From positions 1 to 29,167 of IMG/VR virus record IMGVR_UViG_3300034073_001388: 29,167 bases of DNA. One strand, 5' to 3'. Every line of letters starts with the position of its first letter. Positions within the stretch are counted from its first letter, which is position 1. The position numbers and the translations under genes are program-made. Of the stretch, positions 1 through 8,020 are shown piece after piece. The notes beneath the pieces were generated by a model. It made no database searches. It was not told where the DNA came from and saw only the letters and a program-made list of their open reading frames with translations. This DNA is from a virus (lineage: Duplodnaviria; Caudoviricetes).

Positions 1-316
1 CAGCCAAATCGTCGTTCGGGAACCGCTGGTAAATCGCCTTCAACTCCTCGACCACGTTGTCGCCAGCGGGTTGCATCATCGGGATGCCTGCGGCAGCGGG
101 ACCGCCACCAGGACCGAACGGTGCGCCCTCGGTAATAGGTTCCATCGGACGAGCAGTAGGCGCGGTAAGCGAACCTGGTGCCGCTGGAACAGCGCGGCGG
201 GCGGCCTGTTGTGCACGCTGCTCTGCTGGCGCCCGACCAGTCGGCACCGCCTGAACGCGACGCTCCTGCGCAGCACCCTCACCGTACGTCTGACCTTTGA
301 ACTGTGGCTGAACCAT
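1..316 (-). CDS. Hypothetical Pro/Ala-rich protein downstream of portal (runs off the window edge)
   Basis: ATG at 316 abuts the portal stop (TAAATG). Open frame MVQPQFKGQTYGEGAAQERR...VVEELKAIYQRFPNDDLA to the edge. Not in the ORF track. Confidence 0.8.
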   Translation of the reverse strand, partial: MVQPQFKGQTYGEGAAQERRVQAVPTGRAPAEQRAQQAARRAVPAAPGSLTAPTARPMEPITEGAPFGPGGGPAAAGIPMMQPAGDNVVEELKAIYQRFPNDDLA

Positions 317-2080
317 TTATCCCCCGAGTTGTGCGAGAAGTTCTTCGAGCGACGGCTCACCCACAGGACCAGCAGCAGGCGCCTCGGCACCCATACCTGG
401 CATCGCCAACCCTGGCATCGTCTCGGGTGAACCCTGCGGCATGGCTTCGGCTTGACGTTGACGTGCACGCTCATCGGTTTTGGCGACCGCTTCGAATAGT
501 GGGACGTCTTGTTCGACGACGAGACGGGTGAGGTACGCCAAATCCTCGGGCTGGTACGGGCCTTGCGGGTTCGCAGCCTGCTGCTGAATCGACGCCAACA
601 GCGCATCCTCAACGCCTTCGGCGATGATGCGGTCGTGTTCGAAGTCGGGGTCGGAAATCAGCGGGTCTGCTTCGCGAGCCGATTCTTTCGACATCAAACC
701 GACACCGAGACGCTGACCTAATCCGATGATGAGGTTGTTGACGTCGGTGCCAGCAGCCGAATACGAAACGAAGTGGTAGTCCGTCTGCCACACCTTGTTC
801 GGCGTGTACGTCTCCTGCCCTTGTGTCATACGACCAGACATGAAGAACGTTTTGGGCTGCCCACCCCAATAGGCTTTCTCTAATGCGATTGCGATTTTAT
901 CCTCGTGGAGTATCGAGTTGGCAAAGATTTCTTGTGCTTCTTGTACACGGTAATCCACCGTCGCTGAAAGCACGGCCTCGCCGCGTCTACCAGTTCGGAT
1001 GTTGGTTGCGGACTCGCCGCCGAACTCTGCGGGTATCGCGCCTTCAAGACGCTCTTGGCGTTCCAGACGGTCGAGGGCTGTGTCGGTTTTGTAACCAGGA
1101 TTTAGTTGCAACTGCTGGATGTCGCCACCTTTGACGACACCGAGGATGCCTGACTTGCCGTCAGCAAGTTGCAGGATTTCTGGGTTTTCGCCAGGGCGGG
1201 CAACCAAGTATTCTTCGGGGAAGATGCCGCGCTCAATCGCAATCTCCGTCAACGCCTGCAAACGTGCACGCGTGTAATACATCCCCAACACGCCATCAAA
1301 CTGACCACGCGGCTTATCGAGGGTGATTCGCTGCGGGACGACAGCGAGCGGCATACCAGTACGGTTCGGGATTGCCTCCAAAAGGATTGCCTGCAAACCC
1401 GCACGCTCAGACTGCGACAACTCAGGATTATCCTCAGCACCCAACACGATGAGTTGCATCGAATCATCACACACATACTCCAGCAGCGTGTAACGCGAAT
1501 CTGAGTCGACGCGACCGAAACGCAACTGACCCGACACCAACTCCCCATAGTTCTTCAACAACCATGACGCGGTGACACGCGAAGTGAAGATGCAGTTCTC
1601 TGGAACCACATCGTCGTCATCCATCGGCGCGGCGAACGTGTCCAACGGGTTACGCACCTGCCACTTCGGGGTCAACGTCGAGAAATCAGGCTTCAAGAAA
1701 ACTGGCGAAGACGAATACGCGAGCAGGTGTCGTGCGCGGCGACGCAACTTCATCTGCATACGGTTCTCATCCCAGAAACCGAGCATCGCCTTCTTACGCA
1801 TACGCGCCAACTTCTTCGAGTTCTCCGAACCCTCCTTCACAGGCGGGAAATACGGATTCGGCATCGTGGATGAGACGCGCATCGACATCTGTTCAAGCCC
1901 TTGTACGAGCAGGTTTGCTACGTTGGTTTTGGCGTTGCGGTCCAACTCATTGAGTGGAACAACGACGTCGCCGTTGGCAAGGTCGCGGACACGGCGCATC
2001 TGCTCATGAACAGGTCCAGCAGCGAGTCGGCGCTGGTGGTACAGTTCAACGATTTCGTCTAGTGAGCGCACAGTCTCCAA
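317..2080 (-). CDS. Portal protein (head-to-tail connector)
   Basis: 587 aa, directly downstream of terminase, with a Gln/Pro/Gly-rich C-tail typical of podovirus-like portals. True start may be GTG at 2071. Confidence 0.8.
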   Translation of the reverse strand: METVRSLDEIVELYHQRRLAAGPVHEQMRRVRDLANGDVVVPLNELDRNAKTNVANLLVQGLEQMSMRVSSTMPNPYFPPVKEGSENSKKLARMRKKAMLGFWDENRMQMKLRRRARHLLAYSSSPVFLKPDFSTLTPKWQVRNPLDTFAAPMDDDDVVPENCIFTSRVTASWLLKNYGELVSGQLRFGRVDSDSRYTLLEYVCDDSMQLIVLGAEDNPELSQSERAGLQAILLEAIPNRTGMPLAVVPQRITLDKPRGQFDGVLGMYYTRARLQALTEIAIERGIFPEEYLVARPGENPEILQLADGKSGILGVVKGGDIQQLQLNPGYKTDTALDRLERQERLEGAIPAEFGGESATNIRTGRRGEAVLSATVDYRVQEAQEIFANSILHEDKIAIALEKAYWGGQPKTFFMSGRMTQGQETYTPNKVWQTDYHFVSYSAAGTDVNNLIIGLGQRLGVGLMSKESAREADPLISDPDFEHDRIIAEGVEDALLASIQQQAANPQGPYQPEDLAYLTRLVVEQDVPLFEAVAKTDERARQRQAEAMPQGSPETMPGLAMPGMGAEAPAAGPVGEPSLEELLAQLGG

Positions 2081-2092
2081 TACGATAGCAAA

Positions 2093-4069
2093 TCAAATCC
2101 AGGAAGGGCGCCACAGGCGAGGCGGAACCTTCAACGGCCCCAACTCAGGCAGATGCAACATGGCAAACCAGCACGACATCACGAGGTCAGTCCCGTTCTT
2201 CTTGTTCGGCGTCCACGACGACAACTCCTCGACGAACGCCAACGTCTTCCAGTTTTCCCGCATCGTCGGCAGGCGAACCTGACCCGTCCTAAACAAGTTC
2301 GGCAGCAACGCCTCCACACCCAGGTTTTCGTCTAGTTTGTTCCTGGAGGTTGTATGAGGGATGACGTTGACCCCGTGAAGGGCTTGCCACTTGCGAACGA
2401 AATCGTGGGCGAGGAGGAACCGTTGGGCGGCGTTGACCTCAACAATCCAATGGGAGATGGGGTAGCCCATCTCGAACGACCTGTTCTGCCAAATCTCCAT
2501 TATGCCGCCGTACTCGCGGCTCGACGTATCGAAACCAAGTAGTTCCTCCGCCGTTAGTTTCACCCGCTCACAGTCAATCAAATAGCGCAGGTTTGTTTTG
2601 GGTTGGTAGAGCCACCATTGGATAGCCCAAAAGTTCGTCGGCGAAGGGTCCACTGAAGCAATCGAAATAATCGGCGGCTCCAGATTCGACGGAATGTACC
2701 CAGGCCTACGGTCATTGTCGATACACCCTGGATACAACACGCCATCGTTGCCCATGCCGCCCGTTGCCCAGACGCGTTCAATCAAATAGTTGCCTTGCGC
2801 CATGTCCTCCTGCTGATAGATGACCTGGAACTTCGCAGGCGTCGAGTGCTTCAGGTATGAGAGGTCTTTCCACGACAACCTGTACGGGTCCAACAGCGGT
2901 CCGTTGGGCCAGGGTGGTGCAGTAGTTTTCTTCGATTCGCGCCCCGTGTCCAGTTCCTCGTAGTAAGCCTTGTAAATGAAATGCGTGTACTTGGATTTTT
3001 TCTCTGGTTCTTGGACGTTGGAAACGTCGGTGACGTCGGACCCGTCGTACGCGTCAGGGTCTTCCTCGTAAGTCACTTTGGCGAGACAATGGGCGTAGAG
3101 GTCACCTGGTCCCAAACGCTGACCGATAACAGCCAACAAGCCGCCTGGGTCGACGCGTGCCTCAGCGACGGTATCCCACCGTTCCAAAAGTTTGTCTCTG
3201 GCGACGGACTCTTTTGCGTTCTCTGGGGTTGCCACGTCATCGAACAAACAGAGGTCGGCACGATGACCGATGAACTCTGAGTCAATACCGTACGAAGAAA
3301 CGGTCGGTTCTTTGTTGTCGAGACCTGAGAGGTCTTCTTGTTCGACGATGAACTCCTCAGCACGCCACAACGCGCCACTCGATGACGGTTTGAACCGCCC
3401 ATAGTCAATAGACAGACAGCCCTCGGCGTTGATAGCCAACCCTTTCTCCACCAAAATCGGGTCAGGATGCAAAGGAAACGGGCGTTCCAACGTCTCACGG
3501 ATACGACGGCTGTACATCTTCGCCAAGGTTTGTGTCGCTGAACCGATTAGCACACGAATCTTGCGGTTACGCACAATCATCCAACACGCAAAATCGTGAA
3601 ACAACGTCGACTTACCAGCACCAGGCGGACAGTTGATGAGAATGAACTCCTTCTCAGGAGATTCCAGCATCTTCACAATCTTGTACGCAGCATCCACCTG
3701 CCACGGGCTAGGTACTCGGCCTAAGTATCGGCGTCTGAAGTAGTCGAAATCATCCCAACCCCTCTGCGCCTCAGGGCTCAACCGCTCGTAGGGGATGACG
3801 GGCGGCAAATCGGCGACATCCATCGCCGCCTTCCACTGCTCCGCCTGCACACCACCCTGCTTCTTACGCACCTGACCGACCTCAACCTCAGCCAACTGAA
3901 TCTCCGCAGCCGCTTTCCGCTTCTTCGCCTCCCACTTCGACGCCGTATTGACGTGCACCCCAGCAATCTTCGATGCGTCCTGAATCGACATCCCAGCAGC
4001 ACGCGACTGCCAGTAGCGTGCGACATCCTGCGGCGGTATCTGCCGCCTCCCCGACCTACCTGCTGGCAT
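2093..4069 (-). CDS. terL: Terminase large subunit with N-terminal HTH extension
   Basis: Walker A CPPGAGKS, Walker B-like LCLFDD, RNase H-type motifs IASVDPS and DLVMS. N-terminal GMSIQDASKIAGVHVNTASKW is HTH-like. Confidence 0.9.
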   Translation of the reverse strand: MPAGRSGRRQIPPQDVARYWQSRAAGMSIQDASKIAGVHVNTASKWEAKKRKAAAEIQLAEVEVGQVRKKQGGVQAEQWKAAMDVADLPPVIPYERLSPEAQRGWDDFDYFRRRYLGRVPSPWQVDAAYKIVKMLESPEKEFILINCPPGAGKSTLFHDFACWMIVRNRKIRVLIGSATQTLAKMYSRRIRETLERPFPLHPDPILVEKGLAINAEGCLSIDYGRFKPSSSGALWRAEEFIVEQEDLSGLDNKEPTVSSYGIDSEFIGHRADLCLFDDVATPENAKESVARDKLLERWDTVAEARVDPGGLLAVIGQRLGPGDLYAHCLAKVTYEEDPDAYDGSDVTDVSNVQEPEKKSKYTHFIYKAYYEELDTGRESKKTTAPPWPNGPLLDPYRLSWKDLSYLKHSTPAKFQVIYQQEDMAQGNYLIERVWATGGMGNDGVLYPGCIDNDRRPGYIPSNLEPPIISIASVDPSPTNFWAIQWWLYQPKTNLRYLIDCERVKLTAEELLGFDTSSREYGGIMEIWQNRSFEMGYPISHWIVEVNAAQRFLLAHDFVRKWQALHGVNVIPHTTSRNKLDENLGVEALLPNLFRTGQVRLPTMRENWKTLAFVEELSSWTPNKKNGTDLVMSCWFAMLHLPELGPLKVPPRLWRPSWI

Positions 4070-4788
4070 TACTTCTTCTTAGGAACTTTTACGCCAGCAC
4101 GCTTCAACTTTTTTGCAACTTCAGAAAAAACCTGCTCAGGCGATTTATCAGCCAACTTTATTTCCGAAACAACTTTCGCTCGGGAAGAAGATGAGGTCGC
4201 CAAAATGCCACGATTCAAAGAATCCTGAGACAAATCAGTAGCCCTCTTCGGCGTCCGCACAACATAAACAGACCCCTGACCAGAAGGAGTTTGCGGTTTG
4301 AGCCAACCCATTTCACCAGTCGCATACTTCCTAGACAACTCAATGCTGTCCGCTAAATCCGTGTTCGATTTTCCGACATTTGCAAGATTCTGATTCCTCA
4401 CGGGAGACTGGTCAGTGCGAAAAACGTACACTTTGGCACCTTCCCCTTTTTTGGGTCCCCTGATTGGTGTTCTTGGTTCAATGTTTTTTAGGCCACCCAC
4501 GGGAGAACCGTGCAAACCAACAACCTCACCCCGCAACCTATTTATCCCGCGGGCCGCAGCACCAGACTTCACCGCCGCAACACCAGCACCAATAGCACCA
4601 GCAGCACCAACCCCAGCCGCATACGCACCCAACCCCAACTCCGCACGAACCTGCTCCATCTGCCCACCACCAGCATCAGCCTTCGCCTCAGTATCCGACG
4701 CATTAGACCGAGGCATCCTTGATTGCACCGTCCCACGATTACCGCCAAGCCACGCCCCCACATCCTTACGCTGCGTACGCTTCGCCAT
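4069..4788 (-). CDS. Hypothetical protein with ADP-ribosyltransferase-like C-terminal domain
   Basis: Motif order LHGSP..GLK.IEP / VYVF / SRKYA / GSVYVV resembles the His-class ART fold. Gly/Ala hydrophobic stretch in the N-half. Start taken at ATG 4788 (track: 4809). Confidence 0.55.
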   Translation of the reverse strand: MAKRTQRKDVGAWLGGNRGTVQSRMPRSNASDTEAKADAGGGQMEQVRAELGLGAYAAGVGAAGAIGAGVAAVKSGAAARGINRLRGEVVGLHGSPVGGLKNIEPRTPIRGPKKGEGAKVYVFRTDQSPVRNQNLANVGKSNTDLADSIELSRKYATGEMGWLKPQTPSGQGSVYVVRTPKRATDLSQDSLNRGILATSSSSRAKVVSEIKLADKSPEQVFSEVAKKLKRAGVKVPKKK

Positions 4789-4799
4789 CAGTGCAAACA

Positions 4800-4840
4800 A
4801 ACATAGCATGTTGCGTCAACGCACACCTTTCTGCTACCAT
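4800..4840. promoter_or_regulatory. Divergent promoters: plus-strand TTGCGT-18-TACCAT and minus-strand extended -10 TGCTATGTT
   Basis: TTGCGT 4811-4816, tgcTACCAT 4832-4840, minus-strand TGCTATGTT 4808-4800, and inverted repeat TGCGT-CA-ACGCA 4812-4823. Confidence 0.5.
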
Positions 4841-4846
4841 CCAAGG

Positions 4847-5040
4847 CAACACCAAAAGAATACGGACCCTAAACGGTTACATTCCTCCCAACCACAATCA
4901 TCGGTTGGGGCAGCATGGTTAGACCGCACGGACACATGGCCTGAAAAGGGGACCGATGGTGGTCGCCTTCTTTCGGTATAAAGAACAGACGGGTTCAGGC
5001 GTAAAACAGAACTTGGGGGGGCTTATAAACCTGTAGCCCG
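4847..5040 (+). ncRNA. Candidate structured non-coding RNA
   Basis: No convincing ORF. Stems CCCAACC/GGTTGGG, GCCTGAA/TTCAGGC enclosing GACC/GGTC and TTCTTT/AAAGAA hairpins, and GGGCT/AGCCC. Follows a sigma70-like promoter. Confidence 0.4.
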
Positions 5041-5291
5041 TCGCCTCTAGCCGCCAACCACCAGAAGAGGGAGTGCTTACGCACAACCACCAACCTCCGA
5101 CCCTCTGAGCCTCGATGCTCTAGAAGCAAACACCCGAAACCTGCACAACCACACAAACCCTACCCCCCCCTCCCTGCCTCCCTGGGTCACAAACCTGCCA
5201 CCAACAAAAATGACCACACAGACCGACGCTTATACATACACATAGAGGGGGGTGGCTCGGCAGACCCCCCGTGACCCGTCGCCCCGTCGTG

Positions 5292-5325
5292 CGAACACAC
5301 GTTCGCCCCACCAAACACACGTTCG
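5292..5325. promoter_or_regulatory. Two LexA (SOS) boxes
   Basis: CGAACACACGTTCG 5292-5305 is a perfect CGAAC-RNRY-GTTCG. CAAACACACGTTCG 5312-5325 has one mismatch. Confidence 0.75.
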
Positions 5326-5372
5326 CCTGCTCACTCTCCGCAGTCAACCCACCACAACCCCCCACCCCCACC

Positions 5373-5417
5373 AAGTTACCCGTCAGTAAGTTACCCGTCG
5401 GTAACTTCCGAGGAAGT
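5373..5417. repeat. Tandem palindromic GTTAC-N6-GTAA(C/G) operator-like repeats
   Basis: AAGTTACCCGTCAGT AAGTTACCCGTCGGT AACTT with 15-bp period, followed by palindrome ACTTCC-GA-GGAAGT. Confidence 0.7.
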
Positions 5418-5425
5418 CCGCCTAC

Positions 5426-5488
5426 TGTTAGGTGAGCCTTACAAGTTGTTAGGTGACCCTTACGGGTTGTTAGGGTTGCCTTACAGGT
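5426..5488. repeat. Three 21-bp tandem repeats resembling DtxR/IdeR iron boxes
   Basis: TGTTAGGTGAGCCTTACAAGT / TGTTAGGTGACCCTTACGGGT / TGTTAGGGTTGCCTTACAGGT. The core matches the first ~15 nt of TWAGGTWAGSCTWACCTWA. Confidence 0.65.
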
Positions 5489-5524
5489 TTGGGGGTTTGT
5501 TGCGGTTGTGTTACAGTTCGCTAT

Positions 5525-5579
5525 TGTGACGAAAGTCACAGTGGAAAAAGTTGACAAGTGGCGACGGGTTCGCTATGGT
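5525..5579 (+). promoter_or_regulatory. Early promoter P1 with upstream CRP-family box
   Basis: TGTGA-CGAAAG-TCACA 5525-5540; TTGACA 5551-5556, 17-bp spacer, TATGGT 5574-5579; 5' hairpin 5586-5606. Confidence 0.8.
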
Positions 5580-5627
5580 GTACTCATCGGGGGAAAGCCC
5601 CCCGATACCTAGAGAAAGGGTACACAA

Positions 5628-5795
5628 GTGAACAAGCAACAGACACTCGCAAGGGTGACCAAGACGGGAACCGCCTTCGATGGCGCGACCGTTGAGGTCA
5701 TCGGGGCGAGCGAGACGGAAGGACACCTTAGCGTGTCTCTCATCGGCTACGACACCGTGCTATCGGTGGCGGAAACGAACCTAGAGCGTATCTAG
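5628..5795 (+). CDS. Small early hypothetical protein (55 aa)
   Basis: GAGAAAGG RBS, GTG start, MNKQQTLARVTKTG...NLERI. Below the ORF-track cutoff. Confidence 0.75.
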   Translation: MNKQQTLARVTKTGTAFDGATVEVIGASETEGHLSVSLIGYDTVLSVAETNLERI

Positions 5796-5798
5796 GTA

Positions 5799-5848
5799 GC
5801 CCGAAACGCCGTGAGGCGTCTGGCGGTTTCTCCGCCACTGATGAGGGC
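5799..5848 (+). ncRNA. Type II hammerhead ribozyme
   Basis: GCCC-GAAAC-GCC-GTGA-GGC-GTC^-TGGCGG-TTTCT-CCGCCA-CTGATGA-GGGC. Intact core (CUGAUGA, GAAA, GUC) with all three stems paired; cleavage predicted after 5820. Confidence 0.92.
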
Positions 5849-5872
5849 AGAACCCTGAGAGAAAGGTAAGAC

Positions 5873-6103
5873 ATGATTACGAGAAAGGACTACCAAGCCA
5901 TAGCGAAACTACTCGCGGTAGTAGGCGCGGAATCCCAAGAACACCGAACAGCGACCGACCAAGTAGCCGAGAAACTCGCGGACTACTTCGCGGTCACTAA
6001 TCCGAGGTTCGACCGAGAGCGTTTTACTTCGGCTTACCGAGTCGGGTGGGCTATCCTTCGGGCAGTGAAGCGCGTAGAGGAGTCGCGCCCCGTCACCGTC
6101 TGA
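5873..6103 (+). CDS. Early hypothetical protein (76 aa)
   Basis: GAGAAAGG RBS. MITRKDY...NPRFDRERF pattern recalled from small phage early proteins. Confidence 0.85.
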   Translation: MITRKDYQAIAKLLAVVGAESQEHRTATDQVAEKLADYFAVTNPRFDRERFTSAYRVGWAILRAVKRVEESRPVTV

Positions 6104-6112
6104 GGCAATACG

Positions 6113-6201
6113 ACCCTAGCCAAGTTTAGACTTGACTCGCCCGCGATAGGCGACTAGGGTACAAGGTAGAGCGTGCTCGTGGTGAGTACGCTACCGAATA
6201 C
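6113..6201 (+). ncRNA. Intergenic tRNA-minihelix-like structured element, copy 1
   Basis: 7-bp stem ACCCTAG/CTAGGGT, hairpin, 5-bp stem with 7-nt loop, ACAA, then GGTA-hairpin-TACCGAATA. Confidence 0.65.
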
Positions 6202-6218
6202 GAGAAAGGCAAAACAGA

Positions 6219-6593
6219 ATGACCAGAAAACAGGCGTTCGATTCCGCAATGCGTGAACTACGCAAGAACGGAATCACCGCGAAACGAAATGTTCAGGGCT
6301 GTTGTCGTTCGTGCGTAGCGTACGACCTGCCCCACGATAAGCCACTCGTCTGGCACTACGGCGGACAGGGAAACGCGTTCACTTGGCGGAACGATAAGCC
6401 CGTCTACACCTACACGCCCACCTACCAAGACGAAGAACCGATAGCGTCTATCTTCCTGAATCATTCGGGGCTAGTCGCCGATTCTGGCGAGCGCACCGAG
6501 GCGGGGCGGGTTGTGGTGGAAACATTCCTACGGCACGGGTTCGGGGTCGTCTGGAACGGCACCGAATCCAAGTGTGTAGAGGTGGTGTTCTAG
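6219..6593 (+). CDS. Early hypothetical protein (124 aa, CCxxC motif)
   Basis: GAGAAAGG RBS; GCCRSC motif; C-terminal VVWNGTESKCVEV. Confidence 0.85.
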   Translation: MTRKQAFDSAMRELRKNGITAKRNVQGCCRSCVAYDLPHDKPLVWHYGGQGNAFTWRNDKPVYTYTPTYQDEEPIASIFLNHSGLVADSGERTEAGRVVVETFLRHGFGVVWNGTESKCVEVVF

Positions 6594-6603
6594 CAAGGTT
6601 GCG

Positions 6604-6688
6604 ACCCTAGACAGGTAATGCTTGCGTGAGGCTCACGACCTCGCTAGGGTACAAGGTAACACTAAGCGTGGTGCTTGGTGACCGAATA
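6604..6688 (+). ncRNA. Intergenic tRNA-minihelix-like structured element, copy 2
   Basis: Same architecture as copy 1 with different but still paired internal stems. Confidence 0.65.
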
Positions 6689-6710
6689 ACAACAGAGAAA
6701 GGCAACACAA

Positions 6711-7013
6711 GTGAAAACGGATTATTGGTACACAAGTATTAACGAGATACGGTACGAGGCGAAGCGAGCAGGCTCGCATTTCTTCGATGCCGACACGATG
6801 CGATTCTTCGGCAGTCGGGTTCTACCGACTGTCTACGGGGGTCGCTACTTCATTACGAGCGAGCAAGACCACTACGGCAACGGGGCGAAGGCGTACACGA
6901 TTCGCATAGCCCTAGCAGGTGGAAACATAGACACGGTGGGCGACTTCCAAGCGTACGCGACGAGGGCGCAAGCGGTGTCAGCGGTGAAGCAACTACTCGC
7001 CGAGGGGGTGTGA
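6711..7013 (+). CDS. Early hypothetical protein (100 aa)
   Basis: GAGAAAGG RBS; HFFDADTMRFFGSRV...YFITSE motif. Confidence 0.85.
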   Translation: MKTDYWYTSINEIRYEAKRAGSHFFDADTMRFFGSRVLPTVYGGRYFITSEQDHYGNGAKAYTIRIALAGGNIDTVGDFQAYATRAQAVSAVKQLLAEGV

Positions 7014-7234
7014 CCGTGACCGAGCAAGAGAAACTAGACGAGGCGCTACGCACAATAAACTTGTGCCTGCGTGCGGTCGGGTTGGATACCCACCTCGGGC
7101 ACCGAACCCCGCAGACGCTACGCCTCAGTGCCGAGGGTGCTGAGAAGATAGCGGAAATGTTGCGCCGAATCGCCGATAATACGCGGGCGAAAGTGCGTGC
7201 CGAGCGCGAGTGGAATCAGAAGTGGGGTGCGTGA
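7010..7234 (+). CDS. Early hypothetical protein (74 aa)
   Basis: GTGA start/stop overlap with the upstream gene. Confidence 0.75.
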   Translation: MTVTEQEKLDEALRTINLCLRAVGLDTHLGHRTPQTLRLSAEGAEKIAEMLRRIADNTRAKVRAEREWNQKWGA

Positions 7235-7383
7235 CCGTGCCGAAGTGGGATAACTACACGAGCGCGTGCGACATCTGCGGGTATCGCATGGAAGGGTACG
7301 CCGAACACGAGACAGTGTGCGGGGCTTGCCTTGACGAGATAGAGCAACAAGAAGCCGACAAGAAAGAGAAGGTGAGCAAGTGA
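7231..7383 (+). CDS. Small zinc-finger-like protein (50 aa)
   Basis: GTGA overlaps at both ends; CDIC...CGAC. Not in the track. Confidence 0.7.
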   Translation: MTVPKWDNYTSACDICGYRMEGYAEHETVCGACLDEIEQQEADKKEKVSK

Positions 7384-7751
7384 CGCACGACGAACTCTAC
7401 GCACTAGCGACCCGTCACGGGCGAGACGCAGCCGAAAACTATTGGGTAACCGACCCCGCAGAACCCGAGCACGCTCGGGAATGGATACGCACCGCCGAGG
7501 CAGGCACACTACACGATTACGTTCTGCCTTCGCCGTTCGATGACTTCATGCCGAGCGACCTGAACACCGAAGGGTGGTCGTGGGGCGAGTTGGCAGACTA
7601 CGAAGGCTATTGGCTCGGGGCTTACTTAGAGCGCACGACAGAACTTATGCGCGGGAAGTTGGCTGAGGTGTGTGACTGTGACGGGTTGGAAGATGACCTG
7701 AAAGAGGAAGGTTACACCTGCTACAAGTGCTACGAAGGAGACGCGGAATGA
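7380..7751 (+). CDS. Acidic early hypothetical protein with C-terminal Cys cluster
   Basis: Coupled ORF; CDC...CYKC. Confidence 0.8.
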   Translation: MTHDELYALATRHGRDAAENYWVTDPAEPEHAREWIRTAEAGTLHDYVLPSPFDDFMPSDLNTEGWSWGELADYEGYWLGAYLERTTELMRGKLAEVCDCDGLEDDLKEEGYTCYKCYEGDAE

Positions 7752-8020
7752 GCGCGACAGTGTTCACCGTGTGGGTCGGCGGTTGCGAAGTGAACGACCA
7801 CTACCTCGGCGCGTTTGAGGCTGAGACGATAGCGGAATCGTGGCGCGATGACGGGTACGACGATGTTGTCGTGGAAGAACTAGCCGAGTGTCCCGCGTGC
7901 CTCTGGCATTATCCGCTTGGCGGGTGGGTTCGTGTCGCTTGGGAAGTGATGGGCGACCCGCGCACCTCTGTCGAAGTGTGTCCCGACTGCGGGCGACACG
8001 CCGAGGTGGTGACCGTATGA
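7748..8020 (+). CDS. Early hypothetical protein with two CxxC motifs
   Basis: ATGA overlap, GAAGGAG RBS; CPAC...CPDC. Confidence 0.75.
   Translation: MSATVFTVWVGGCEVNDHYLGAFEAETIAESWRDDGYDDVVVEELAECPACLWHYPLGGWVRVAWEVMGDPRTSVEVCPDCGRHAEVVTV

Noticed and set aside
5003-5027. AAAACAGAAC...GGCTTATA resembles the 3' conserved region of RNase P RNA
   Set aside because: No upstream GAGGAAAGUCC P4 partner and the spacing is wrong. The GAGGAAGTCC at ~5410 is downstream and part of a DNA palindrome.
5373-5488. Short repeats as a mini CRISPR array
   Set aside because: The repeats are directly tandem without unique spacers, and there are no cas genes.
5120-5557. 145-aa minus-strand ORF
   Set aside because: Low-complexity translation of operator repeats, with no RBS.
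6113-6688. Canonical tRNA genes
   Set aside because: Only two internal arms, no TTCRA T-loop, no clear anticodon arm; about 50 nt.
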